Origin: Patescibacteria group bacterium
GTDB lineage: Bacteria > Patescibacteriota > Patescibacteriia > PEXW01
Assembly: GCA_041665345.1 (NCBI GenBank)
Contig: JBAYJA010000001.1
Coordinates: 457,206-521,205, forward strand
Length of the DNA stretch: 64,000 bases
Reading direction: 5' to 3'
Shown: piece after piece, positions 54,259 to 64,000 of the stretch
Position numbering within the stretch: the first letter of the stretch is position 1
How the letters are laid out: each line of letters begins with the position of its first letter
Position numbers and translations under genes: made by a program
Notes under the pieces: model-generated
Databases searched by the model: none
The model's input: only the letters and a program-made list of their open reading frames with translations
What the model was told of the DNA's origin: nothing

Positions 54259-57085
54259 TATGAATATTAGTTTAATTCTTTTTTTGTTAGCTCTAATTAC
54301 TAATTCAGTAATTCTCGCACTAATGTTGTTTCGTGGGCTTAAGACAAAAGTAAGAAAAACTTTTGTAATTCTGACATTATTAATCAGTATTTGGGTTGTC
54401 TCAAATTATGCGGCTGATCACGTTAGCGATTACTATTTTGCATTATTGTTAACTCGTACTACATATTTTGCAACATCATTAATTCCTTTAATCTTGGTTT
54501 ATTTCGCAACAATTTTCCCAAGAACAACATTTGAAATTAAATTTTGGAAAAAAATAGTTATTTCTTTTTTTCCTATAATGGTCGCTTTACTTTCGTTTTC
54601 AGATCTAATTGTAAATGAAATTAAGCAGGAATCATGGGGAGTTAATGTTGTTATAGGCAATCTGTATGGTGTATTTATTTTGGAATTTGTACTTTTGATG
54701 CTCACTGCATTCTTAATGCTTTGGAAAAAGCTAAAAAGTAATTTTGGACTCCAGAAACTTCAAATTCAGTACGTGTTTACAGGTTTGTTGTTAGGCGCAA
54801 TCGGGGGCGCACTCTTTAATCTTGTTATCCCGACAATCACTGGAAGTTTTAGTAATACTAAATATGGTCCGTATTTTAGCATTTTTTATGTAGGTTTTAT
54901 TGCGTATGCAATTGCAAAACATAGGTTGTTAGATATTCGACTTGCGATAGTTAGAACGATAAGTTTTACATTATCAACTGTAATTATCGCGAGTGTATTC
55001 GTTGCATTCTTATTGTATGTCCCCCAGCAATTTGAAAATATTTTTATTCGTGGCTTATTTGCGATAATAATTTCAATTGTTTTAGTAATAATAATTGGTC
55101 CAATTAAAAATATAACTGCAAGATATACTGATAAGTACTTTTTTTCCGCATCAATTAATTACGATCTGTTGCTTAAGAGTATTGGCGAAATAATTAGCCG
55201 TGAGTATGAATTGGAGAAGTTAGTGAATAATATTGTAAATACATTAAAGGTAGGTCTAAAAGTTCAGTATGTGAAGATTCTTTTCTCCAGAAATGATGGA
55301 GAAGTATTTCTTTCTGACAATATCGAAATATCAAGTGTTCAGCATGGAAACCTCTTCTCATATATACAGGGCTCTCGGAGCATAATTAATAAGGAGGCCT
55401 TAATTCAAAAACTTGATGAGAATTTTGAACAAAAACAAACACTATCATTAGAGCATTCACGTGATGAGCTGGATAGTTTGAATGCTTCAGTCATCATCCC
55501 AGTAGTTTCTAATGGTCATGTAACAACTCTATTGATGATTGGGAATAGGCTTTCTGGCGAAGCATTTAGTAAACAAGACTTTTCTTTTTTTGAAATTATA
55601 TCCCCCCAACTCGCCAGTGCCTTGGAAAAAGCTCGGCTGTACGAAGAAATCCGGCTGTTCAACGTCAAACTGCAAAAAGAGGTAGAAATTGCCACGGAGA
55701 GAGTGAAAATGAAGAATGTGCAGTTGGAAGACCGCAACCGATTCCTGGCTGCAGTATCTAAGGTGACCAATCTCATCACCCAGACGTTGGAGTTTAAAAA
55801 AGTAACCCAGTCTATAGTGGACGCCATTGCCACGGAGCTTGGGTTTGTGGGCGGACTTTTGCTGTTCCTGGGTGAGTCACGGCGAAAAGTCTTTCCAGAA
55901 GCTGTTACCAACAAACCAGTAACCCAGAAGGTCTTGAAGCTTTTGCCCAAACCGTTGAATGAGTACTGGGGGGATTTCACCACTGATAAGACGCTGAACA
56001 TTGAAGCCATGAAGGCTCAGCAGGTGCGCACAGGAACTGACCTTGCTGCGTTCCTGAGTCCGCCTGTACCCAAAATGGTGCTGGGCGCAATTCAGAAAGT
56101 CGCTGGGATAAAAACCATAGTATCCGTTCCGGTTATTGCTGAGCAAGAAGTTGTGGGCTGCATTGATTTCATGATTGCAAAAACCCCAGACTTGGTAACG
56201 AAGAATGACTACGACATGATGCAAGCCATGGCTAACCAAACCGGGGTGGTGTACCGGAACATTGAGTTGGTTCGACGTTTGGAAGGCAGCAACCGGGAGT
56301 TGGGTGAGGCGAATGAGCACCTGAAAGAGCTGGACCAGGCCAAGAGCGAATTCGTGTCCATTGCCAGCCACCAGCTCCGCACGCCAATGACCGGCATCAT
56401 GGGCTACCTGTCCATGATTGTGGGCGGGGATTTTGGGAAACTGGATGCAAGTTTGCAGAAAGTGCTGGAGCAGCTACTGGATGCCAGCCAACGCATGATC
56501 CGGCTCATTAACCTGTTCTTGGACGTGACCAAGATTGAAAGCGGCAAACTCAGTTTGGACAAGCAGCCAGTGCACCTGGAAGAGCTCATTGATAAAGAGC
56601 TGCAAGTGTTGCAGAAATTAGCGAGCGATAAGAAATTAAAACTGGTGTACACCAAACCCAAGGTTGCGCTGCCAGTCCTGATGATTGATGACAAAATTAC
56701 TGACGTCGTCCTCAACTTAGTGGATAATGCAATTAAGTACACAGTGACTGGCGGCATTACCATTACCAGCGAGCGAGAAGGGGATTGGGTGCATGTGAAA
56801 GTCCAAGATACTGGCCGGGGTCTTGATCCCAAAGAAGCCCGCAGCTTGTTCAACAAATTCGTGCGTGGGTACGGTATTGCCCAGGTGAACCCAGACGGGT
56901 CTGGCTTGGGGCTGTACGTTGCTCGGCGTTTGGTGGAAGTCCACGGCGGCCGGATTTGGGTGGAGAGCGATGGTCCAGGCAAGGGTAGCTGCTTCCAGTT
57001 TACCCTGCCAATCAAAGCAGTGGACGCGAAGTTTGAACCTGCCGGGGCAGCGCTGGTGACCAGCCCCAAGCCGGTGGTTGAGTAG
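54248..57085 (+). CDS. multi-TM sensor histidine kinase (GAF/PAS, HisKA, HATPase_c)
   Basis: H-box SHQLRTPM; N, G1 and G2 boxes (DNAIKYT, DTGRGL, GSGLGL); 5' ~1.35 kb AT-rich, 3' ~1.5 kb GC-rich. Confidence 0.8.
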   Translation: MQNSMNISLILFLLALITNSVILALMLFRGLKTKVRKTFVILTLLISIWVVSNYAADHVSDYYFALLLTRTTYFATSLIPLILVYFATIFPRTTFEIKFWKKIVISFFPIMVALLSFSDLIVNEIKQESWGVNVVIGNLYGVFILEFVLLMLTAFLMLWKKLKSNFGLQKLQIQYVFTGLLLGAIGGALFNLVIPTITGSFSNTKYGPYFSIFYVGFIAYAIAKHRLLDIRLAIVRTISFTLSTVIIASVFVAFLLYVPQQFENIFIRGLFAIIISIVLVIIIGPIKNITARYTDKYFFSASINYDLLLKSIGEIISREYELEKLVNNIVNTLKVGLKVQYVKILFSRNDGEVFLSDNIEISSVQHGNLFSYIQGSRSIINKEALIQKLDENFEQKQTLSLEHSRDELDSLNASVIIPVVSNGHVTTLLMIGNRLSGEAFSKQDFSFFEIISPQLASALEKARLYEEIRLFNVKLQKEVEIATERVKMKNVQLEDRNRFLAAVSKVTNLITQTLEFKKVTQSIVDAIATELGFVGGLLLFLGESRRKVFPEAVTNKPVTQKVLKLLPKPLNEYWGDFTTDKTLNIEAMKAQQVRTGTDLAAFLSPPVPKMVLGAIQKVAGIKTIVSVPVIAEQEVVGCIDFMIAKTPDLVTKNDYDMMQAMANQTGVVYRNIELVRRLEGSNRELGEANEHLKELDQAKSEFVSIASHQLRTPMTGIMGYLSMIVGGDFGKLDASLQKVLEQLLDASQRMIRLINLFLDVTKIESGKLSLDKQPVHLEELIDKELQVLQKLASDKKLKLVYTKPKVALPVLMIDDKITDVVLNLVDNAIKYTVTGGITITSEREGDWVHVKVQDTGRGLDPKEARSLFNKFVRGYGIAQVNPDGSGLGLYVARRLVEVHGGRIWVESDGPGKGSCFQFTLPIKAVDAKFEPAGAALVTSPKPVVE

Positions 57086-57108
57086 GATAAAACTTGAGTA
57101 TAAGAAAA

Positions 57109-57130
57109 CCCTCACGAATTTTCGTGAGGG
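57109..57130 (-). terminator. hairpin terminator for the minus-strand gene (possibly bidirectional)
   Basis: ccctcacgaa-ttt-tcgtgaggg; T-run on the minus strand. Confidence 0.55.
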
Positions 57131-57139
57131 TAAGGTTAT

Positions 57140-58039
57140 CTAATGGAACCATTCATTATTCGTGAGTGTAGTTCTTTTTCTACTAATCACGTCTTGTATA
57201 ATTTTATTCACTTTCTGCCACATCTCTGGAATTTTTGCATCAGTTTGCCGGGGAAAGGTACGAAGTTCAATGCAGAGTGCATTCCCATACCGACGCAGAC
57301 GGTAGTGCCACCAAATGGATCGAAGGTATAGGTTGATATCAAAATCTGGTACCTCCTGTGGCTTTAATCGAATTGGTTTCCCTTGGTGCATTACCACATC
57401 ATGTTCCGTGAGTTTTGTCACGTAGTCCTTGAGTGAGGCGAAAGAAGTGGGTCCGCCGTAGCGAAGCGGTAAATACTTTTCCCGACTCTCCGTTATGTAG
57501 CGTCCCCAAAGGCGTTCGTTACGTTGGTAGGCATCACGTAGTTCTCTGTTGCTGTTGAGGGCATTTAAAACGTGAACTGCATCTGCTGGATGCACATCAA
57601 CGGTAAATTGTACAGATGAGCACCGGCACAAGTGCTCCAGTGCGTTTCTTCCATCCAACTGCACCCACAAAGCATCACGCTCTTCTTGGACGTAGAGCAG
57701 CGGGCCGTTCCAGCAGAAGTCAGGACGAAAGCAAGGGACTGCGTTGTACTGCTTCGCTACCCCGTATAGCCAGGTGAGCCCCGCTTGCACGCGTGGCCAC
57801 AGGATGTTGAATGTCGGCTGCGGCGCGACGTTGATTTCAATCTTCTGGCGACCTAATTCAAGTTTTACCGTGCAGTCGTCGGGTTTTCCTGTGGCACAGC
57901 GCAGAATGCACTGACTTACTGCTTCCGTAATGGGCGTGCCATCCAGGAAGGTAAAATCAGTTTCAATCTCCACACCCACAGCCCCGAGCGTCTGTGTCCT
58001 TTCCGTTCCTTGGGTAAAGTAGTCAATGAGCGTTTTCAT
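57140..58039 (-). CDS. hypothetical protein, possibly a carboxylate-amine ligase/GCS2-like enzyme
   Basis: Weak resemblance only (GVEIETDF region). Confidence 0.3.
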   Translation of the reverse strand: MKTLIDYFTQGTERTQTLGAVGVEIETDFTFLDGTPITEAVSQCILRCATGKPDDCTVKLELGRQKIEINVAPQPTFNILWPRVQAGLTWLYGVAKQYNAVPCFRPDFCWNGPLLYVQEERDALWVQLDGRNALEHLCRCSSVQFTVDVHPADAVHVLNALNSNRELRDAYQRNERLWGRYITESREKYLPLRYGGPTSFASLKDYVTKLTEHDVVMHQGKPIRLKPQEVPDFDINLYLRSIWWHYRLRRYGNALCIELRTFPRQTDAKIPEMWQKVNKIIQDVISRKRTTLTNNEWFH

Positions 58040-58124
58040 TCTTCCAACCTTTCAGAAAATTGTGTTTGGTTATTTCAAAAATCCCTCTCGTTTGAGAGGG
58101 GAGTAAGCTTAAAAATAATTCAGC

Positions 58125-58445
58125 TCAAGCCTCTGTCAAACGAGATCTGGAATGAGTTGCATGATGCTTTTTTTGGGACAGCATGAGTTGGTACCCACCC
58201 AAACCTTTGGTTAGCCAGCGCTGCACTCGGGCGACGGTTGTGGAGCTCAGGCCAGTCTTTGCAACGATTTGGGTATAGGGGATACCTTGATCAAGCATTT
58301 GCGCGGCTTTCCACCGACGGCTAAACTCAGTAATCTCAGCAGGCGTGAGGAGATCACGGAGGAATTTTTTCATTTCCGCAAGATTTCGCACCCGGAGGAG
58401 CGTTTGGAAGAGGTCTTGCGTTTGTGGGGTGTCCCAGGTGGGCAT
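58125..58445 (-). CDS. TrpR-related YerC/YecD family DNA-binding protein
   Basis: DLLTPAEITEFSRRWKAAQML...GIPYTQIVAKTGLSSTTVARVQRWL helix-turn-helix pattern of the family. Confidence 0.6.
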   Translation of the reverse strand: MPTWDTPQTQDLFQTLLRVRNLAEMKKFLRDLLTPAEITEFSRRWKAAQMLDQGIPYTQIVAKTGLSSTTVARVQRWLTKGLGGYQLMLSQKKHHATHSRSRLTEA

Positions 58446-58455
58446 AAGAGTGTAG

Positions 58456-58484
58456 TACTTTACTAAACTAAAGTAGCATGCTAC
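58456..58484. promoter_or_regulatory. overlapping palindromes in a divergent promoter region (putative operator)
   Basis: TACTTTA-N6-TAAAGTA overlapping the perfect 12-bp palindrome GTAGCATGCTAC. Confidence 0.4.
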
Positions 58485-58514
58485 GGTTCAAGCTGTCAAC
58501 ATGTTCCTCCTGCT

Positions 58515-59333
58515 ATGCCACAACTTCCTCCAAAAACTTACCTTTTCACTGGATCCAAGCCCGGAAACACCTCGGTTATTCTTGCTGGGGTGCACGGTGA
58601 TGAGCGTGCCGGGATAATTGCCTTGGAGCAGCTTCTCTCGGATTTTCGTATCAAACGGGGTAAGGTTTTTGTCATTTTTGGGAACCCAGCGGCAATTCAG
58701 CTGGGGGTTCGGCAAGTTGAGGAAAATTTGAATCGGTGCTTTCTCCCAAACCAAACTGGTACTTCCCTGGAAGCCCGTCGTGCCCAGGAATTGCTGCCGA
58801 TTCTTGACCAATCATCAGCAGTGCTTGACCTCCACGCCACGCATAGCACTGCGTCCATACCTTTCATCATAGTTGCAGGTGCGGGACTTCCGCTCGCTCG
58901 CCAACTCAACTTTCCCATTCTCTCCACTGGATGGAACATTTTGGAACCAGGTGGGACTGATGGGTACATGGCTTCACAAGGGAAAATTGGCATTTGTGCA
59001 GAGTGTGGATCAATGAATGATGAAGGGCGAGGTGTGCAAATCGCAATGCAAACGATCACTGACTTCCTTATCCTACGAGGTCATAGAGAGGGTGTGTCTT
59101 CCAAATCAACACCGAAGCGAATTGTGGAAGTGCAGCAGAAAGTATGCCGGCAAACGAATGATTTTCGGTTCCGAAAGAACTTCGCTGACTTTGAGCGCTT
59201 GCCAGCCGGAGAAGCATTTGCCTGGGATGGCCCGCGTACGTTTATTGCACAACCAGAACAGTGCATTATTTTTGCACGACCTGGGAATGCCCCCGGTGAT
59301 CAGGTGTTCATTCTGGGTGCAGAAAGAGCGTAG
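58515..59333 (+). CDS. succinylglutamate desuccinylase/aspartoacylase (AstE/AspA) family zinc hydrolase
   Basis: ILAGVHGDERAG (GxHGxE) zinc-binding motif. Confidence 0.55.
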   Translation: MPQLPPKTYLFTGSKPGNTSVILAGVHGDERAGIIALEQLLSDFRIKRGKVFVIFGNPAAIQLGVRQVEENLNRCFLPNQTGTSLEARRAQELLPILDQSSAVLDLHATHSTASIPFIIVAGAGLPLARQLNFPILSTGWNILEPGGTDGYMASQGKIGICAECGSMNDEGRGVQIAMQTITDFLILRGHREGVSSKSTPKRIVEVQQKVCRQTNDFRFRKNFADFERLPAGEAFAWDGPRTFIAQPEQCIIFARPGNAPGDQVFILGAERA

Positions 59334-59393
59334 GCTTGTACATTTTCAAGCCTTATGCGCTAGAATGGGTTTATCAGCATTAATGCAAAGCAT

Positions 59394-60152
59394 ATGAAAG
59401 GCATCATTCTCGCGGGTGGCACTGGTTCCCGGCTCTTCCCCCTCACCCGGGTGACAAACAAGCACTTACTACCTGTTTACGACCGACCCATGATTTACTA
59501 CCCCCTCCAGACCCTGGTAGAGGCTGGGTTGAAGGATATTATGATTGTCTCTGGCAAAGGCCACGCTGGGGGCTTCCTGGAGCTCCTGGGTGATGGCCAT
59601 GCCTTTGGGGTCAAGCTCTCCTACGCTGTGCAGGAGAAACCCGGTGGTATTGCTCAAGCTCTGGGATTGGCAGCGGACTTTGCGGATGGTGAAAAAGTGG
59701 TGGTCATTCTGGGTGACAATATTTTGGAAGACAGCATTGCCAAAGCAACTACAGATTTTGCCGCGCAAGAGCAAGGTGCCAAGATTTTCTTAAAGGAAGT
59801 GGACAATCCAAAGTCCTTTGGCATTGCTGAAGTGCAGGGTGACAAGATCCTTAGTATCGTGGAAAAGCCGCAGGAGCCAAAAACGAACTTTGCGGTCATT
59901 GGCGTGTACATGTTCGACGGCACGGTCTTTGACGTGGTGAAGACTCTCAAACCCTCAGCTCGAGGCGAATTGGAAGTGACTGATTTGAACAACTACTACG
60001 TGCAGCAGGGGACCATGACCTTTGAAAAGCTCACCGGTGCCTGGGGCGATGGCGGTGAATCCTTTGATTCGCTCATGAAAGCTTCTGCTCTGGCTCAAGC
60101 GTGGCGCCAGTCTGGGAAACTTGGTACGCCCATTGGGGCGAAGGAAGAGTAG
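59394..60152 (+). CDS. sugar-phosphate nucleotidyltransferase (glucose-1-phosphate thymidylyl/uridylyltransferase-like)
   Basis: MKGIILAGGTGSRLFPLT...K motif of RmlA-type nucleotidyltransferases. Confidence 0.75.
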   Translation: MKGIILAGGTGSRLFPLTRVTNKHLLPVYDRPMIYYPLQTLVEAGLKDIMIVSGKGHAGGFLELLGDGHAFGVKLSYAVQEKPGGIAQALGLAADFADGEKVVVILGDNILEDSIAKATTDFAAQEQGAKIFLKEVDNPKSFGIAEVQGDKILSIVEKPQEPKTNFAVIGVYMFDGTVFDVVKTLKPSARGELEVTDLNNYYVQQGTMTFEKLTGAWGDGGESFDSLMKASALAQAWRQSGKLGTPIGAKEE

Positions 60153-60294
60153 GGGGAGGAGAGAGCCTTAAAGCCGTAAAGCTTTAGAGCTATAGAGGTT
60201 TTTTAAAAAAGGTGGTTGCAAGGCTGCCTTTTTGTCATGTCTATCATAGGTGTGTTGCATTTGGAAAATCGTCATAAAAATGGTATGATACATC

Positions 60295-61509
60295 TTGCAA
60301 GCAGGCAGCTTCCCCTCCAGATTTTTTGTTGACGCTATGCAGCTCAAGTCATTGCGGGATATGTCAGTAACCGGCCGCCAGGTGATTGTCCGGGCGGATT
60401 TTAACGTTCCGCTGCGCGATGGGAAGGTGAGCGATCCAAGCCGCATTTTGGCAGCGCTGCCAACCCTGGAATACCTCCGGAACCAGCAGTGTAGAATTGT
60501 CATCATCACCCACTTTGGCAAGGCGAAGGGGAAAGTGGATCCAGCATTTAGTTTGCGTCCGGCGTTTGAGGTGCTGGCAGAGCGTCTACCTGGCGTGCAG
60601 TTTGCATCCGAGGTTCCTGGCACACCTGAAGCTATTGCTCGAAGCCAGAAAGTCCGGCAAGGAGACATTACCCTTTTTGAAAATCTCCGCTTCCACCCGG
60701 GCGAGCAGGCCAACGATCCAGCTTTTGCAGCAGACTTAGCGAAAATGGGGGATTGCTACGTCAACGAGGCTTTCTCAGAGTGCCACCGTTCTGTAGCGTC
60801 CCTGGGTCAGTTAGCTGGACTCCTGCCTGCCGCGGCTGGGTTTCAGTTGGAAAAGGAAGTGAAATACCTCGACCGCATTCTCCAAGCACCGGCACGGCCG
60901 ATGGTGGGGATCATTGGTGGGGCAAAGATTTCCACCAAGTTGCCGGTCATTCGGGCGCTGTTGGAGCACGTGGATTACTTGCTGCTTGGTGGCGCACTGG
61001 CGAACACGATTCTCAAAGCCCAGGGCGTGGCGGTTGGTAAATCACTGGTTGAAGAGAGCATGGTGGAAGCAGTGAAGGATCTGACCCTCACGACGAATAA
61101 ACTCCGGATTCCGGTGGACGTGGTCATTGCACATTCGCTGGAGCCTGATGCACCGGAGCAGACCGTGGCCGTGGGGAATGTGCCCGATGACCAGCTCATT
61201 CTGGATATTGGACCGGAAACCGTGGAGCTGTACAAGCTCATTTTGCAGCAAGCGGCAACCGTGGTGTGGAACGGACCCATGGGGTACTTTGAATTGCCAC
61301 AGTTTGCCAAAGGCACAGACGAGGTGGCGAAGTTCGTCGCCGGCCTTTCCGCAACGACGGTGGTGGGTGGTGGCGAAACCCTGGATGCAGTGAATGCGCT
61401 GGGTTTGGGTTCGAACATCACTTTTGCCTCTACTGGCGGTGGCGCCATGTTGAAATTTTTAGAAGGCAAACCCCTCCCGGGTATTGTGCCACTTCTTCAA
61501 AACGCATAA
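60295..61509 (+). CDS. pgk: phosphoglycerate kinase
   Basis: VIVRADFNVPL N-terminal motif and C-terminal domain motifs; the true start may be the internal Met. Confidence 0.9.
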   Translation: MQAGSFPSRFFVDAMQLKSLRDMSVTGRQVIVRADFNVPLRDGKVSDPSRILAALPTLEYLRNQQCRIVIITHFGKAKGKVDPAFSLRPAFEVLAERLPGVQFASEVPGTPEAIARSQKVRQGDITLFENLRFHPGEQANDPAFAADLAKMGDCYVNEAFSECHRSVASLGQLAGLLPAAAGFQLEKEVKYLDRILQAPARPMVGIIGGAKISTKLPVIRALLEHVDYLLLGGALANTILKAQGVAVGKSLVEESMVEAVKDLTLTTNKLRIPVDVVIAHSLEPDAPEQTVAVGNVPDDQLILDIGPETVELYKLILQQAATVVWNGPMGYFELPQFAKGTDEVAKFVAGLSATTVVGGGETLDAVNALGLGSNITFASTGGGAMLKFLEGKPLPGIVPLLQNA

Positions 61510-61517
61510 TTTTTTCT

Positions 61518-62777
61518 ATGCCAACAATTACCGCAATCCACGCTTTAGAAATTCTTGATTCTCGTGGCAATCCCACCGTACAAGTTTCGGTAACCCTGGA
61601 TGATGGGACAGTTGGCACAGCAGCCGTGCCGTCCGGAGCCTCCACTGGTTCGCACGAAGCACTGGAGCTGCGTGATGGTGATGCAAAACGCTACGGCAGC
61701 AAAGGTGTTCAGAAAGCTATTGCCAATGTTGCAGGTCCACTTGCAAAGACCATTGTTGGGATGTCGGTTGCAGATCTTGCGGCAATTGACCAGAAAATAA
61801 GAGAAGCTGATGGGACAGAAAATAAATCGAACCTGGGTGCCAACGCGTGTCTGGGCGTTTCGCTTGCCGTGGCACGTGCGGCTGCAATAGCTGCCAAGCA
61901 ACCCTTGTACGCTTTCCTGGCCGCGCAGTACGGGTATCCAACCACTGGGTTTCGTTTTCCTACACCCATGTGCAACGTGATCAACGGTGGGGTGCATGCC
62001 GATTCCGGTCTCTCATTCCAAGAGTTCATGCTCATTCCTGCGCCAGGTGATTTTCCTGAGCAGCTGCGCAAAGCCGCGGAAGTGTTCCACAGTTTGGCAA
62101 AAGTGCTGAAGGGGAAAAATTTGCCAACGCTCGTTGGCGATGAAGGCGGCTACGCGCCGCGCGTGACAAGCAACAGTGAGCCATTTCAGTTACTGGAAGA
62201 CGCCATCACCCAAGCCGGACAAGCATTAGGTACTGACGTATTCCTGGGTATGGACGCAGCTGCCAGCGAATTTCAGCAACCTGACGGGACGTACCGCCTG
62301 GCACTGGAAGGGCAGAATTTGAGTGCGGACCAACTGACCGCGCTGTATCAAGAGTGGAACGCAAAGCATCACCTAGTCTCTGTTGAAGATGGTTTGGGTG
62401 AAGATGATTGGGAGCACTGGCCCGCGCATACTGCCGCGCTGGGCAAGGCTGGAATGATGGTTGTGGGTGATGACTTATTCGTCACTAATGTGAAACGGCT
62501 GCAACGTGGCATTACAGAGAAAGTGGCCAATGCCATTCTCATTAAGGTGAACCAAATTGGCACGCTGACGGAAACCGTTGACGCAATTCGCCTGGCCCAA
62601 AAAGCTGGGTACAAGGTAATCATTTCCCATCGTTCTGGTGAAACAACTGATACAACAATTGCTGACCTGAGTGTGGCTATGGGCGCAGACTACCTGAAGG
62701 CTGGTTCGCTGTCCCGGGGCGAGCGTTTGGCAAAGTACAACCGGCTCTTGGAAATCTGGCACGACCTCCATGCCTGA
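61518..62777 (+). CDS. eno: enolase
   Basis: ILDSRGNPTVQV and SGASTGSHEALELRD signatures. Confidence 0.95.
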   Translation: MPTITAIHALEILDSRGNPTVQVSVTLDDGTVGTAAVPSGASTGSHEALELRDGDAKRYGSKGVQKAIANVAGPLAKTIVGMSVADLAAIDQKIREADGTENKSNLGANACLGVSLAVARAAAIAAKQPLYAFLAAQYGYPTTGFRFPTPMCNVINGGVHADSGLSFQEFMLIPAPGDFPEQLRKAAEVFHSLAKVLKGKNLPTLVGDEGGYAPRVTSNSEPFQLLEDAITQAGQALGTDVFLGMDAAASEFQQPDGTYRLALEGQNLSADQLTALYQEWNAKHHLVSVEDGLGEDDWEHWPAHTAALGKAGMMVVGDDLFVTNVKRLQRGITEKVANAILIKVNQIGTLTETVDAIRLAQKAGYKVIISHRSGETTDTTIADLSVAMGADYLKAGSLSRGERLAKYNRLLEIWHDLHA

Positions 62778-64000
62778 GCGCTGCCAAGTGGTCAAAACTC
62801 AGCTGCCGTTGGTCCTGGTCATCATGGATGGCTGGGGGATTGGGAAACCTGGCGCCTGGAATCCAATATCCGTTGCCAAGACGCCCAATTACAACCGACT
62901 CCTTCGGACGTCACCCTGGACGAAATTGCAAGCGAGTGGGAAGGATGTTGGCCTGGCGCGTGGGCAGGACGGCAATTCCGAAGCCGGGCACTTGAACATT
63001 GGTGCTGGTCGCCTGGTGCTCCAAGATGCAGTGTACATTTCCCGTTCTATTAGCGACGGTTCCTTTTTCCGTAACACCGCTTTCCAGCGAGCGGTTCGGC
63101 ACGTGCAGAAGCACAAGTCAACTTTGCACCTCATGGGCATGCTGGGCAATGCGCAGAGCGCGCACGCAAATCCTGATCACTTACTGGCGCTGCTCACCTA
63201 CGCGCACCTTTCCAAACTCCCGCACGTTGCGGTGCACTTGTTCACAGATGGCCGGGATAGCCCGCGTTTTTCCGCAATCAAGCTGCTGCGTAAGCTGGAG
63301 CGAACATTGCACCACACGAACATTGCCACGGTGTGCGGACGGTACATTGCCATGGATCGAGCTTTACATTGGCGGCGCATTGAACGCGCGTACGACATGC
63401 TCACCCTGGGCACAGGTTTACGGGCAGCAAGTGCAGATGAAGCCATTTTGGAAGCCTACAACCGGAATGAGAGTGATGAATTTATTCAACCTACGGTGAT
63501 TGTGAAGGACAAGCAGAAGCCCATGACTATTGGGAACAATGATTCCATCATTTTCTTCAACCTCCGCAGTGACCGCGCCCGGCAATTGACGAAGGCTTTT
63601 GTCCAGCCAAATTTTTCTGGCTTTCGGCGAAAGAAAGTCATCAAGAACCTGGTATTCGTTGCCATGACCGACTTCGGACCAGACTTGCCCGGCGTACTTT
63701 CGGCTTTCCCTAGCCGGGATATCAACGATACATTACCCATTGCACTGAAGGCCTACCGCCAGTTGTACATATCCGAGAGTGAGAAGTATGCGCACATGAC
63801 CTACTTCTTCAACGGTGGGTATGACCATGCCGTTGCAGGTGAAGATCGGGTGTTTGTTCCATCACCAAAAGTCATGACGTACGATACTCGACCGGCAATG
63901 GCAACGGCAGAACTCGTACGACGTGTGGAACGGGATGTTTCCCAACATGCACACGACTTCATCGCCGTTAATTTTGCCGCCCCAGATATGGTGGCGCACA
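62770..64000 (+). CDS. gpmI: 2,3-bisphosphoglycerate-independent phosphoglycerate mutase, 3'-truncated by the window end
   Basis: Manual translation from ATG 62770 (overlaps the eno stop by 8 nt): MPERCQVVKTQLPLVLVIMDGWGIG...NSEAGHLNIGAGR...; absent from the ORF track because no stop codon falls in the window. Confidence 0.8.
   Translation, partial: MPERCQVVKTQLPLVLVIMDGWGIGKPGAWNPISVAKTPNYNRLLRTSPWTKLQASGKDVGLARGQDGNSEAGHLNIGAGRLVLQDAVYISRSISDGSFFRNTAFQRAVRHVQKHKSTLHLMGMLGNAQSAHANPDHLLALLTYAHLSKLPHVAVHLFTDGRDSPRFSAIKLLRKLERTLHHTNIATVCGRYIAMDRALHWRRIERAYDMLTLGTGLRAASADEAILEAYNRNESDEFIQPTVIVKDKQKPMTIGNNDSIIFFNLRSDRARQLTKAFVQPNFSGFRRKKVIKNLVFVAMTDFGPDLPGVLSAFPSRDINDTLPIALKAYRQLYISESEKYAHMTYFFNGGYDHAVAGEDRVFVPSPKVMTYDTRPAMATAELVRRVERDVSQHAHDFIAVNFAAPDMVAH

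Overview
The window reads as a ~52% GC chromosome of a small-genome bacterium, possibly a CPR/Patescibacteria-like lineage (inference only). Almost all genes are on the + strand. Recognisable housekeeping genes include xseA/xseB, a QxxRW-type GT2 glycosyltransferase, the dcw cluster (mraZ-rsmH-ftsL-ftsI-murF-like), tyrS followed by tRNA-Tyr(GTA), an inositol monophosphatase (suhB-like), purB-like lyase, a 1654-aa surface protein, murJ, lepA, S1/PDZ and S8/FG-GAP proteases, gtrA, a histidine kinase, psd-like, and pgk-eno-gpmI. Three AT-rich accessory insertions stand out. (1) A ~9.7-kb island at 30.3-40.0 kb is flanked by 22-bp direct repeats. It holds a single strong sigma70-type promoter with a tandem palindromic operator, two UUCG-tetraloop-rich RNA-like regions, and about 20 small + strand ORFs for secreted/membrane proteins. 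Sixteen intercistronic tandem-hairpin elements in 4-5 sequence families separate these ORFs; they share one architecture and show compensatory base changes. This is the most unusual structure in the window and matches no described element class I can name (not attC, not CRISPR). (2) Two paralogous membrane-protein genes lie between xseA and xseB, each followed by a copy of the 55-bp xseA 3' end. (3) An AT-rich block at 50.0-55.6 kb ends in an abrupt intragenic GC breakpoint inside the histidine kinase gene. Other signals: a 3-copy conserved ~30-nt hairpin element, a 135-bp nested palindrome, two perfect DnaA boxes in an ~800-bp non-coding gap, an MraZ-operator-like GTGG repeat array on the Pmra promoter, and an overlapping-palindrome operator beside a TrpR-like gene.
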